A DNA stretch of 64,000 nucleotides from Eledone cirrhosa (taxonomy: Eukaryota), in assembly GCA_964016885.1 (NCBI GenBank), contig CAXHJY010000973.1, forward strand, positions 186,001 to 250,000, written 5' to 3'. Below are positions 43,107-55,873 of the stretch, one piece after another; position 1 is the stretch's first letter; each line of letters opens with the position of its first letter. The translations under genes were made by a program, and so were the position numbers. The notes beneath the pieces were generated by a model. That model was given only the letters and a program-made list of their open reading frames with translations. It was not told the origin of the DNA and did not search any database.

Positions 43107-43328
43107 AAGGAACGATCGACTTTTCGTCAAATCGGACCGAGGAAACAATGTTTCCATTGGTCTTTCCAGTTGCTAATACTATCTATCGGTCGCAACTCCA
43201 GGTAGAAGGAGCAACATGAAATAAAATGTCTTGCTCAAGGACATAATGCATTGCCTGGTCTGGGAATCGAAATCACAACCTCACGATTGCGAATCCAGTT
43301 CTCTAACCGCTAAGCAACACGCCTTCAC
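43107..43328 (-). mobile_element. tRNA-derived CORE-like SINE (same head/core as 38304-38647, different 3' part)
   Basis: Minus strand GCTTAGCGGTTAGAG...GATTTCGATTCCC...GTCCTTGAGCAAGACATT; 13-bp TSD AGATGCAAATATA at 43094-43106 and 43329-43341. Confidence 0.82.
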
Positions 43329-43533
43329 AGATGCAAATATATGAACATTTATATAAGTGATATAATAAGTGTTATGATATAACGGACACTAACTGGAAGT
43401 GTAGTCATTTGGAAATTTTAAAGTGAATCTTAAAATAAACAATACTTTATATATAAGAATATTTATGTTTTATCAACAGCCACGAAATTTAGTAGATAAA
43501 TTATGTAATATTCATTCATTATTTATTCAAAGT

Positions 43534-43713
43534 GGATTGACAGTATCGGTAGAGGGTTGGACACCATGCTTTGAAGCATAGAGTTACGGCCCTTTATGAT
43601 CTGAGTTCAAATCCCGCCGAGGTTAACTTTGCCTTTCATCCTTACAGGGTCGATAAGATAAAGTACCAGTAATATACTGGTAATTTGCTGGCCTTGTGCC
43701 AAAAGTAGAAACA
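43534..43713 (+). mobile_element. SINE family B copy with 16-bp TSD
   Basis: Head GGATTGACAGTATCGGTAGAG, B-box GAGTTCAAATCC, core GCCTTTCATCCTTACAGGGTCGATAAG; TSD ATTATTTATTCAAAGT at 43518-43533 and 43714-43729. Confidence 0.87.
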
Positions 43714-43979
43714 ATTATTTATTCAAAGTAATCAAACTTCTTTTATTAACGGGATAAAAAATTATAAAATGGACGCTGGCCCGCACTCGTTACTTTATTA
43801 TAGTATGATTAAATAAATTAATCTTAGTCACTTCGGCCACAAACCTTGATACTGCGGCCCATAATACAGGGGTAAGGAAGGGATATAAATACTGGGGGTT
43901 GTCCGGCCACTGTTGAGACCTCAGGCATACGTGGACCTCATACTGCCGTGCTCCTCCACAAGATTGGAACAACAGTCCA

Positions 43980-46900
43980 TCTGAGGAAGGAGCCACATGA
44001 GGTGGGGTGGCTGCTGTAACGGGTGTCACTGGCTGTCTGAGGAAGGAGCCACATAAGGTGGGGTGGCTGCTGCAGCATGTGTCACTGGCTGTCTGAGGAA
44101 GGAGCCACATGAGGTGGGGTGGCTGCTGTAACGGGTGTCACTGGCTGTCTGAGGAAGGAGCCACATGAGGTGGGGTGGCTGCTGCAGCATGTGTCTTTGG
44201 CTGTCTGAGGAAGGAGCCACATGAGGTGGGGAGGCTGCTGCAGCATGTGTCACTGGCTGTCTGAGGAAGGAGCCACATGAGGTGGGGTGGCTGCTGCAGC
44301 ATGTGTCTCTAGCTGTCTGAGGAAGGAGCCACATGAGGTGGGGTGGCTGCTGCAGCATGAGTCACTGGCTGTCTGAGGAAGGAGCCACATGAGGTGGGGT
44401 GGCTGCTGCAGCATGAGTCACTGGCTGTCTGAGGAAGGAGCCACATGAGGTGGGGTGGCTGCTGCAGCATGTGTCACTGGCTGTCTGAGGAAGGAGCCAC
44501 ATGAGGTGGGGTGGCTGCTGCAGCATGAGTCACTGGCTGTCTGAGGAAGGAGCCACATGAGGTGGGGTGGCTGCTGCAGCATGTGTCTCTGGCTGTCTGA
44601 GGAAGGAGCCACATGAGGTGGGGTGGCTGCTGTAACGGGTGTCACTGGCTGTCTGAGGAAGGAGCCACATGAGGTGGGGTGGCTGCTGCAGCATGAGTCA
44701 CTGGCTGTCTGAGGAAGGAGCCACATGAGGTGGGGTGGCTGCTGCAGCATGTGTCTCTGGCTGTCTGAGGAAGGAGCCACATGAGGTGGGGTGGCTGCTG
44801 CAGCATGTGTCTCTGGCTGTCTGAGGAAGGAGCCACATGAGGTGGGGTGGCTGCTGTAACGGGTGTCACTGGCTGTCTGAGGAAGGAGCCACATGAGGTG
44901 GGGTGGCTGCTGTAACGGGTGTCACTGGCTGTCTGAGGAAGGAGCCACATGAGGTGGGGTGGCTGCTGCAGCATGTGTCACTGGCTGTCTGAGGAAGGAG
45001 CCACATGAGGTGGGGTGGCTGCTGTAACGGGTGTCACTGGCTGTCTGAGGAAGGAGCCACATGAGGTGGGGTGGCTGCTGCAGCATGTGTCACTGGCTGT
45101 CTGAGGAAGGAGCCACATGAGGTGGGGTGGCTGCTGCAGCATGTGTCACTGGCTGTCTGAGGAAGGAGCCACATGAGGTGGGGTGGCTGCTGCAGCATGT
45201 GTCACTGGCTGTCTGAGGAAGGAGCCACATGAGGTGGGGTGGCTGTTGCAGCATGTGTCACTGGCTGTCTGAGGAAGGAGCCACATGAGGTGGGGTGGCT
45301 GCTGCAGCATGTGTCACTGGCTGTCTGAGGAAGGAGCCACATGAGGTGGGGTGGCTGCTGCAGCATGTGTCACTGGCTGTCTGAGGAAGGAGCCACATGA
45401 GGTGGGGTGGCTGCTGTAACGGGTGTCACTGGCTGTCTGAGGAAGGAGCCACATGAGGTGGGGTGGCTGCTGCAGCATGTGTCACTGGCTGTCTGAGGAA
45501 GGAGCCACATGAGGTGGGGTGGCTGCTGTAACGGGTGTCACTGGCTGTCTGAGGAAGGAGCCACATGAGGTGGGGTGGCTGCTGTAACGGGTGTCACTGG
45601 CTGTCTGAGGAAGGAGCCACATGAGGTGGGGTGGCTGCTGCAGCATGTGTCTCTAGCTGTCTGAGGAAGGAGCCACATGAGGTGGGGTGGCTGCTGTAAC
45701 GGGTGTCACTGGCTGTCTGAGGAAGGAGCCACATGAGGTGGGGTGGCTGCTGCAGCATGTGTCTCTAGCTGTCTGAGGAAGGAGCCACATGAGGTGGGGT
45801 GGCTGCTGCAGCATGAGTCACTGGCTGTCTGAGGAAGGAGCCACATGAGGTGGGGTGGCTGCTGCAGCATGAGTCACTGGCTGTCTGAGGAAGGAGCCAC
45901 ATGAGGTGGGGGTGGCTGCTGTAACGGGTGTCACTGGCTGTCTGAGGAAGGAGCCACATGAGGTGGGGTGGCTGCTGTAACGGGTGTCACTGGCTGTCTG
46001 AGGAAGGAGCCACATGAGGTGGGGTGGCTGCTGCAGCATGTGTCACTGGCTGTCTGAGGAAGGAGCCACTGCTGTAACGGGTGTCACTGGCTGTCTGAGG
46101 AAGGAGCCACATGAGGTGGGGTGGCTGCTGTAACGGGTGTCACTGGCTGTCTGAGGAAGGAGCCACATGAGGTGGGGTGGCTGCTGCAGCATATGTCACT
46201 GGCTGTCTGAGGAAGGAGCCACATGAGGTGGGGTGGCTGCTGCAGCATGTGTCTCTAGCTGTCTGAGGAAGGAGCCACATGAGGTGGGGTGGCTGCTGCA
46301 GCATGAGTCACTGGCTGTCTGAGGAAGGAGCCACATGAGGTGGGGTGGCTGCTGCAGCATGAGTCACTGGCTGTCTGAGGAAGGAGCCACATGAGGTGGG
46401 GTGGCTGCTGCAGCATGTGTAACTGGCTGTCTGAGGAAGGCGCCACATGAGGTGGGGTGGCTGCTGCAGCATGAGTCACTGGCTGTCTGAGGAAGGAGCC
46501 ACATGAGGTGGGGTGGCTGCTGCAGCATGAGTCACTGGCTGTCTGAGGAAGGAGCCACATGAGGTGGGGTGGCTGCTGCAGCATGTGTCTCTGGCTGTCT
46601 GAGGAAGGAGCCACATGAGGTGGGGTGGCTGCTGTAACGGGTGTCACTGGCTGTCTGAGGAAGGAGCCACATGAGATGGGGTGGCTGCTGCAGCATGAGT
46701 CACTGGCTGTCTGAGGAAGGAGCCACATGAGGTGGGGTGGCTGCTGCAGCATGTGTCTCTGGCTGTCTGAGGAAGGAGCCACATGAGGTGGGGTGGCTGC
46801 TGCAGCATGTGTCTCTGGCTGTCTGGGGAAGGAGCCACATGAGGTGGGGTGGCTGCTGTAACGGGTGTCACTGGCTGTCTGAGGAAGGAGCCACATGAGG

Positions 46901-49900
46901 TGGGGTGGCTGCTGCAGCATGTGTCACTGGCTGTCTGAGGAAGGAGCCACATGAGGTGGGGTGGCTGCTGTAACGGGTGTCACTGGCTGTCTGAGGAAGG
47001 AGCCACATGAGGTGGGGTGGCTGCTGCAGCATGTGTCACTAGCTGTCTGAGGAAGGAGCCACATGAGGTGGGGTGGCTGCTGCAGCATGTGTCACTGGCT
47101 GTCTGAGGAAGGAGCCACATGAGGTGGGGTGGCTGTTGCAGCATGTGTCACTGGCTGTCTGAGGAAGGAGCCACATGAGGTGGGGTGGCTGCTGCAGCAT
47201 GTGTCACTGGCTGTCTGAGGAAGGAGCCACATGAGGTGGGGTGGCTGCTGCAGCATGTGTCACTGGCTGTCTGAGGAAGGAGCCACATGAGGTGGGGTGG
47301 CTGCTGTAACGGGTGTCACTGGCTGTCTGAGGAAGGAGCCACATGAGGTGGGGTGGCTGCTGCAGCATGTGTCACTGGCTGTCTGAGGAAGGAGCCACAT
47401 GAGGTGAGGTGGCTGCTGTAACGGGTGTCACTGGCTGTCTGAGGAAGGAGCCATATGAGGTGGGGTGGCTGCTGTAACGGGTGTCACTGGCTGTCTGAGG
47501 AAGGAGCCACATGAGGTGGGTGGCTGCTGCAGCATGTGTCACTGGCTGTCTGAGGAAGGAGCCACATGAGGTGGGGTGGCTGCTGCAGCATGTGTCACTG
47601 GCTGTCTGAGGAAGGAGCCACAGGAGGTGGGGTGGCTGCTGCAGCATGTGTCACTGGCTGTCTGAGGAAGGAGCCACATGAGGTGGGGTGGCTGCTGCAG
47701 CATGTGTCACTGGCTGTCTGAGGAAGGAGCCACATGAGGTGGGGTGGCTGCTGCAGCATGTGTCTCTGGCTGTCTGAGGAAGGAGCCACATGAGGTGGGG
47801 TGGCTGCTGTAACGGGTGTCACTGGCTGTCTGAGGAAGGAGCCACATGAGGTGGGGTGGCTGCTGCAGCATGTGTCACTGGCTGTCTGAGGAAGGAGCCA
47901 CATGAGGTGGGGTGGCTGCTGCAGCATGTGTCACTGGCTGTCTGAGGAAGGAGCCACATGAGGTGGGGTGGCTGCTGCAGCATGTGTCACTGGCTGTCTG
48001 AGGAAGGAGCCACATGAGGTGGGGTGGCTGCTGTAACGGGTGTCACTGGCTGTCTGAGGAAGGAGCCACATGAGGTGGGGTGGCTGCTGTAACGGGTGTC
48101 ACTGGCTGTCTGAGGAAGGAGCCACATGAGGTGGGGTGGCTGCTGCAGCATGTGTTACTGGCTGTCTGAGGAAGGAGCCACATGAGGTGGGGTGGCTGCT
48201 GCAGCATGTGTCTCTGGCTATCTGAGGAAGGAGCCACATGAGGTGGGGTGGCTGCTGTAACGGGTGTCACTGGCTGTCTGAGGAAGGAGCCACATGAGGT
48301 GGGGTGGCTGCTGCAGCATGTGTCTCTGGCTGTCTGAGGAAGGAGCCACATGAGGTGGGGTGGCTGCTGCAGCATGTGTCTCTGGCTGTCTGAGGAAGGA
48401 GCCACATGAGGTGGGGTGGCTGCTGCAGCATGTGTCACTGGCTGTCTGAGGAAGGAGCCACATGAGGTGGGGTGGCTGCTGTAACGGGTGTCACTGGCTG
48501 TCTGAGGAAGGAGCCACATGAGGTGGGGTGGCTGCTGCAGCATGTGTCTCTGGCTGTCTGAGGAAGGAGCCACATGAGGTGGGGTGGCTGCTGCAGCATG
48601 TGTCACTGGCTGTCTGAGGAAGGAGCCACATGAGGTGGGGTGGCTGCTGTAACGGGTGTCACTGGCTGTCTGAGGAAGGAGCCACATGAGGTGGGGTGGC
48701 TGCTGCAGCATGTGTCACTGGCTGTCTGAGGAAGGAGCCACATGAGGTGGGGTGGCTGCTGTAACGGGTGTCACTGGCTGTCTGAGGAAGGAGCCACATG
48801 AGGTGGGGTGGCTGCTGCAGCATGTGTCACTGGCTGTCTGAGGAAGGAGCCACATGAGGTGGGGTGGCTGCTGTAACGGGTGTCACTGGCTGTCTGAGGA
48901 AGGAGCCACATGAGGTGGGGTGGCTGCTGTAACGGGTGTCACTGGCTGTCTGAGGAAGGAGCCACATGAGGTCGGGTGGCTGCTGCAGCATGTGTCACTG
49001 GCTGTCTGAGGAAGGAGCCACATGAGGTGGGGTGGCTGCTGCAGCATGTGTCACTGGCTGTCTGAGGAAGGAGCCACATGAGGTGGGGTGGCTGCTGCAG
49101 CATGTGTCTCTGGCTGTCTGAGGAAGGAGCCACATGAGGTGGGGTGGCTGCTGCAGCATGTGTCACTGGCTGTCTGAGGAAGGAGCCACATGAGGTGGGG
49201 TGGCTGCTGCAGCATGTGTCACTGGCTGTCTGAGGAAGGAGCCACATGAGGTGGGGTGGCTGCTGCAGCATGTGTCTCTGGCTGTCTGAGGAAGGAGCCA
49301 CATGAGGTGGGGTGGCTGCTGCAGCATGTGTCTCTGGCTGTCTGAGGAAGGAGCCACATGAGGTGGGGAGGCTGCTGCAGCATGTGTCTCTAGCTGTCTG
49401 AGGAAGGAGCCACATGAGGTGGGGTGGCTGCTGCAGCATGTGTCACTGGCTGTCTGAGGAAGGAGCCACATGAGGTGGGGAGGCTGCTGCAGCATGTGTC
49501 ACTGGCTGTCTGAGGAAGGAGCCACATGAGGTGGGGTGGCTGCTGCAGCATGTGTCACTGGCTGTCTGAGGAAGGAGCCACATGAGGTGGGGTGGCTGCT
49601 GCAGCATGTGTCTCTGGCTGTCTGAGGAAGGAGCCACATGAGGTGGGGTGGCTGCTGCAGCATGTGTCTCTGGCTGTCTGAGGAAGGAGCCACATGAGGT
49701 GGGGTGGCTGCTGCAGCATGTGTCACTGGCTGTCTGAGGAAGGAGCCACATGAGGTGGGGTGGCTGCTGCAGCATGTGTCTCTGGCTGTCTGAGGAAGGA
49801 GCCACATGAGGTGGGGTGGCTGCTGCAGCATGTGTCACTGGCTGTCTGAGGAAGGAGCCACACGAGGTGGGGTGGCTGCTGCAGCATGTGTCTCTGGCTG

Positions 49901-52754
49901 TCTGAGGAAGGAGCCACATGAGGTGGGGTGGCTGCTGCAGCATGTGTCACTGGCTGTCTGAGGAAGGAGCCACATGAGGTGGGGTGGCTGCTGCAGCATG
50001 TGTCTCTGGCTGTCTGAGGAAGGAGCCACATGAGGTGGGGTGGCTGCTGCAGCATGTGTCACTGGCTGTCTGAGGAAGGAGCCACATGAGGTGGGGTGGC
50101 TGCTGCAGCATGTGTCACTGGCTGTCTGAGGAAGGAGCCACATGAGGTGGGGTGGCTGCTGCAGCATGTGTCTCTGGCTGTCTGAGGAAGGAGCCACATG
50201 AGGTGGGGTGGCTGCTGCAGCATGTGTCTCTGGCTGTCTGAGGAAGGAGCCACATGAGGTGGGGTGGCTGCTGCAGCATGTGTCACTGGCTGTCTGAGGA
50301 AGGAGCCACATGAGGTGGGGTGGCTGCTGCAGCATGTGTCTCTGGCTGTCTGAGGAAGGAGCCACATGAGGTGGGGTGGCTGCTGCAGCATGTGTCTCTG
50401 GCTGTCTGAGGAAGGAGCCACATGAGGTGGGGTGGCTGCTGCAGCATGTGTCTCTGGCTGTCTGAGGAAGGAGCCACATGAGGTGGGGTGGCTGCTGCAG
50501 CATGTGTCACTGGCTGTCTGAGGAAGGAGCCACATGAGGTGGGGTGGCTGCTGCAGCATGTGTCACTGGCTGTCTGAGGAAGGAGCCACATGAGGTGGGG
50601 TGGCTGCTGCAGCATGTGTCTCTGGCTGTCTGAGGAAGGAGCCACATGAGGTGGGGTGGCTGCTGCAGCATGTGTCTCTGGCTGTCTGAGGAAGGAGCCA
50701 CATGAGGTGGGGTGGCTGCTGCAGCATGTGTCTCTGGCTGTCTGAGGAAGGAGCCACATGAGGTGGGGTGGCTGCTGCAGCATGTGTCACTGGCTGTCTG
50801 AGGAAGGAGCCACATGAGGTGGGGTGGCTGCTGCAGCATGTGTCACTGGCTGTCTGAGGAAGGAGCCACATGAGGTGGGGTGGCTGCTGCAGCATGTGTC
50901 ACTGGCTGTCTGAGGAAGGAGCCACATGAGGTGGGGTGGCTGCTGCAGCATGTGTCACTGGCTGTCTGAGGAAGGAGCCACATGAGGTGGGGTGGCTGCT
51001 GCAGCATGTGTCACTGGCTGTCTGAGGAAGGAGCCACATGAGGTGGGGTGGCTGCTGTAACGGGTGTCACTGGCTGTCTGAGGAAGGAGCCACATGAGGT
51101 GGGGTGGCTGCTGCAGCATGTGTCTCTGGCTGTCTGAGGAAGGAGCCACATGAGGTGGGGTGGCTGCTGCAGCATGTGTCTCTGGCTGTCTGAGGAAGGA
51201 GCCACATGAGGTGGGGTGGCTGCTGCAGCATGTGTCTCTGGCTGTCTGAGGAAGGAGCCACATGAGGTGGGGTGGCTGCTGCAGCATGTGTCTCTGGCTG
51301 TCTGAGGAAGGAGCCACATGAGGTGGGATGGCTGCTGCAGCATGTGTCACTGGCTGTCTGAGGAAGGAGCCACATGAGGTGGGGTGGCTGCTGTAACGGG
51401 TGTCACTGGCTGTCTGAGGAAGGAGCCATATGAGGTGGGGTGGCTGCTGCAGCATGTGTCACTGGCTGTCTGAGGAAGGAGCCACATGAGGTGGGGTGGC
51501 TGCTGTAACGGGTGTCACTGGCTGTCTGAGGAAGGAGCCACATGAGGTGGGGTGGCTGCTGCAGCATGTGTCACTGGCTGTCTGAGGAAGGAGCCACATG
51601 AGGTGGGGTGGCTGCTGTAACGGGTGTCACTGGCTGTCTGAGGAAGGAGCCACATGAGGTGGGGTGGCAGCTGTAACGGGTGTCACTGGCTGTCTGAGGA
51701 AGGAGCCACATGAGGTGGGGTGGCTGCTGCAGCATGTGTCACTGGCTGTCTGAGGAAGGAGCCACATGAGGTGGGGTGGCTGCTGCAGCATGTGTCACTG
51801 GCTGTCTGAGGAAGGAGCCACATGAGGTGGGGTGGCTGCTGCAGCATGTGTCACTGGCTGTCTGAGGAAGGAGCCACATGAGGTGGGGTGGCTGCTGCAG
51901 CATGTGTCTCTGGCTGTCTGAGGAAGGAGCCACATGAGGTGGGGTGGCTGCTGCAGCATGTGTCACTGGCTGTCTGAGGAAGGAGCCACATGAGGTGGGG
52001 TGGCTGCTGCAGCATGTGTCTCTGGCTGTCTGAGGAAGGAGCCACATGAGGTGGGGTGGCTGCTGCAGCATGTGTCTCTGGCTGTCTGAGGAAGGAGCCA
52101 CATGAGGTGGGGAGGCTGCTGCAGCATGTGTCTCTAGCTGTCTGAGGAAGGAGCCACATGAGGTGGGGTGGCTGCTGCAGCATGTGTCACTGGCTGTCTG
52201 AGGAAGGAGCCACATGAGGTGGGGTGGCTGCTGCAGCATGTGTCACTGGCTGTCTGAGGAAGGAGCCACATGAGGTGGGGTGGCTGCTGCAGCATGTGTC
52301 TCTGGCTGTCTGAGGAAGGAGCCACATGAGGTGGGGTGGCTGCTGCAGCATGTGTCACTGGCTGTCTGAGGAAGGAGCCACATGAGGTGGGGTGGCTGCT
52401 GCAGCATGTGTCTCTGGCTGTCTGAGGAAGGAGCCACATGAGGTGGGGTGGCTGCTGCAGCATGTGTCACTGGCTGTCTGAGGAAGGAGCCGCATGAGGT
52501 GGGGTGGCTGCTGCAGCATGTGTCACTGGCTGTCTGAGGAAGGAGCCACATGAGGTGGGGAGGCTGCTGCAGCATGTGTCACTGGCTGTCTGAGGAAGGA
52601 GCCACATGAGGTGGGGAGGCTGCTGTAACGGATGTCTCTGGCTGTCTGAGGAAGGAGCCACATGAGGTGGGGTGGCTGCTGCAGCATGTGTCACTGGCTG
52701 TCTGAGGAAGGAGCCACATGAGGTGGGGAGGCTGCTGCAGCATGTGTCTCTGGC
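43980..52754 (+). repeat. 56-bp GC-rich tandem satellite (~155 monomers), intronic in NCAPH
   Basis: Monomer CTGAGGAAGGAGCCACATGAGGTGGGGTGGCTGCTGCAGCATGTGTCACTGGCTGT, with variants CAGCAT/TAACGG and TCACTG/TCTCTG. Confidence 0.99.
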
Positions 52755-52857
52755 CATGGAAATGCTTTTGAGTCCCAACACCACCGCACCCTAGGCCTAA
52801 AGACCATCACCCTCCCCTTCTTCTGTGACCCTACAGCCATTGCCTTTCATAATATTG

Positions 52858-53074
52858 GTTTTTTATATAGGCACAAGGCCAGTGATTTTGGGGGAGGGGA
52901 AGTCGATTAAATTGGCCCCAGTGTGTGACTGGTACTTTATTTTATCGACCCTGTAAGGATGAAAGGCAAAGTTAACCTCGGCAAGATTTGAACTCAGATC
53001 ATAAAGGGCCGTAAGTCTATGCTGCAAAGCATGGCATCGTACCCTCTACCGATACTGCCAATTCACCGCCCTTC
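52858..53074 (-). mobile_element. SINE family B full-length copy with 15-bp TSD
   Basis: Reverse complement of the family B head and core; TSD CCTTTCATAATATTG at 52843-52857 and 53075-53089. Confidence 0.88.
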
Positions 53075-53157
53075 CCTTTCATAATATTGAAGTCAAGTGT
53101 GAATTGTAATGTAAAATAAATTACTTAAATTACGATAGATGTGAGGAAGCTACTTAC

Positions 53158-53384
53158 AGCAAGGTTTGGTTTAAGAAATGTAGAAAACAAACACAAAGGT
53201 TTGTAATTAAGATTTGTGGGTAAAGTTATGCTCTCTTCTGACCACACTTCAAGTCTCTTTTTTGTTAGGATGCAACCCCGACTCTTACGGAATTCTCCAT
53301 CAAATTCTTCAGATTCAGAAAAGTTCAGCAAAAATTTCTCCTTTTTTGTTGCTGCACCTTTTGATACTTTAGATTTGTCAGCTA
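53158..53384 (-). CDS. NCAPH: Condensin complex subunit 2 internal exon, phase 1/0: (L)ADKSKVSKGAATKKEKFLLNFSESEEFDGEFRKSRGCILTKKRLEVWSEESITLPTNLNYKPLCLFSTFLKPNLA
   Basis: Acceptor TATTTTGTAG| (a second AG lies 3 nt downstream) and donor GCT|GTAAGT. It resembles the NCAPH CAP-G-binding segment (human recalled as KKDFEIDF..FRKTKAATILTKSTL..TTLPTDFNY..LHLKP). Phases fit both neighbouring exons. Confidence 0.88.
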
Positions 53385-53428
53385 CTACAAAATATAATAC
53401 AAAAATACACACACATATATATATATAT

Positions 53429-55690
53429 AAGCTAGGAAACAAGTGCACCTTGCAAAAAGGGAAGCAGAGTATAGAAAGTTCAAGCATGTTCTACAACGTG
53501 AGGATCAAAAACGTGAGGTGTTCAGGATTGCTAGACAATGTGTCAAGGAAAACCGTGATATTGTCGGGGAGAAGTGTGTCCGTAATGATAACGGTGTACT
53601 TACCATCACTGATATTGATAAGAAGGTAGCTTGGAAGTGTCACTACGAGAGACTATTAAATGAGGAGAATAAATGGGAAAAGATAGTCTGCCCCACATCG
53701 ATCTAATAGAGGGACCAGCAGTGCAAGTTGAAGGTAGTATAAGTAAGGCAATCAAAGATATGAAGACGGGCAAAGCAGCTGGGCCTTTGGAGATAGTTGC
53801 TGAGATGTTGAAGGCATCTGGTATGGTGGGACACACTATGGTCACCCGTATAGTTAACCAAGTAATTTAGAATGGGGGCATACCAAAAGACTGGCGTAGC
53901 AGCATCATCATTAACTGCTACAAGGGTAAAGGGGGTGCTCTAGATAGGGGAAACTATAGAGGCATTAAGTTAGTTGACCAGGTCATGAAGGTCACAGAAA
54001 GAGTTATAGCACAACTAATCAGAGAACGAATTGATCTAGATGAAATGCAATTTGGGTTTGTGTCAGGTAAAAGTACAACAGACGCTCTTTTCATTGTACG
54101 ACAAATACACGTGAATTACCTAGCTAAAAGTAAACCCCTCTACTTAGCTTTTGTTGACCTGGAGAAAGCCTTTGACAGAGTCCCCCGCTCCATTATCTCA
54201 TAGAAAACTAGGTGTAGATAAATGGCTATGTATAATGAAACAGTCAGTAAGGTTAAAATTAACAATGAATATTGTGAAGAATTTAGTGTAAAAGTTGGTG
54301 TTCATCAAGGCTCTGTCCTTAGCCCCCTCCTATTTATTATTGCCCTTCAGGCTATAACAAAGGAGTTCAAGACTGGCTGCCCATGGGAACTCCTATACGC
54401 AGATGATCTAACGCTCATAGCTGAATCTATGGCTGAACTAGAGAAGAAATTCCAAACATGGAAGCATGGCCTAAAATCAAAAGCCCTTAAAGTTAACTTG
54501 TCTAAGTCTAAAGTTCTAGTTTTTAGGAAGGAAAATGGCCATGCTCAGTGTGTAGGAAAGGAGTAGGCAGAAATTCCATTTTATGTCCCAAATGCAAACT
54601 ATGGGTACATAAAAGATGTAGTGGGATCACAGGTAAACTATCTAAGAACGTAGACTTTATATGTGGCCGAAGCTCAGGTGCAATAAGTAGCAAGTGCCCA
54701 CAGGATACTAGCTCCTTCTATTGCCCAGATGGTTCTATAGAAATAGTGGACACTTTCCGTTACCTGGGTGACGAAATCAACAGTGGTGGAGGGTGTTCTG
54801 AAAGTACAGTAGCCAGAGTCATTACGAGATGGAAAAAGTTCAGAGAGCTTATACCGCTGTTGGCCACAAAAGGTTTCTCTCTAAAAATGAAAGGCAGATT
54901 GTATGATGCCTGTATACGAACAACAATGCTACATGGCACTGAAACATGGGTGCAGAGGACCTGCGCAGACTGGAAAGGAACGAAGCATGCATGCTCCTTT
55001 GGATGTGTAATAGTAATATACGTGAACGGCAAAGCATAAATGAACTAAGTGAGAAATTAGGAATAAGAGGGATCAGATGCTGTTTACTCAAGAGAAGACT
55101 ACGTTGGTATGGTCACGTGATGCGCATGAAAGACGACAGCTGTATAAAAAAGTGCAGGGTGATCAAAATTGATGGACGTTACAGAGTAGGTAAACCCATA
55201 AAAACCTGGGACGATCTGATAAATTCCGACCTTACACACTTGCACCTCTCTAAGACAATGTCACTGGACCGAGATCTTTGACGCTACGCAGTAATACAGA
55301 AGACCCACCTTGCCTATGTACAAAGCAAAACCTACAGTCAGTAGGCACCTCTTAACCAAATATACACCCCAATCCACTACCCCTACCCTATCCTCCCACT
55401 CCCACCAACACCACCCTCTCTCTGTAAAGTTGGTACCACAACATCCAGTCCAAATAAATGAGATAATGAGATTGAGATCGTGTAGGTGTCACGAGAAAAA
55501 GAACACACAGTCCATGCTGTAATGTGGCCGTGTAGGTAACACGGTAAAAAGTTCCCAGTTCCACACTGTAAATGTGGTTGGTGTTAGGAAGAGCATCCAG
55601 CCATAGAAATCCTGCCAGACAGTCCTATATGAGCGAGACATGGTCACCCGACCATCTTGCCTCAAGTGGGTAAACTCTCGTCCCAACCCA
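53429..55690 (+). mobile_element. 5'-truncated, decayed RTE LINE (same family as copy 1)
   Basis: Colinear with ~39462-41725 of copy 1. It has QFGF..GKSTTDA, YLAFVDLEKAFDRV, HQGSVLSP, YADD and FRYLG, with multiple stops and frameshifts. The terminal (GAT)n tail is absent. Confidence 0.93.
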
Positions 55691-55873
55691 TAGTAACTTT
55701 AACATCCTGTAATGATTTAGCAGAAAATATTTAAATGTTGGTTTATCAATTCAAATGTTTACATATTATATCGTAAAGACTAACTTTTAATGTGATACAG
55801 TTATAAATGATGTTTGTACTTTTCAAGAATGCCTTCATCTTGCTAATTCTGTTCCATGTGTACTGGACATTAA

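Noticed and set aside
43740-43980. Possible LINE remnant seeding the 56-bp satellite
   Set aside because: No diagnostic motif could be identified by eye.
43790-52784. Many MLQQPPHLMWLLPQ ORFs
   Set aside because: They are frame-cycling translations of the 56-bp repeat, which lies inside an intron.
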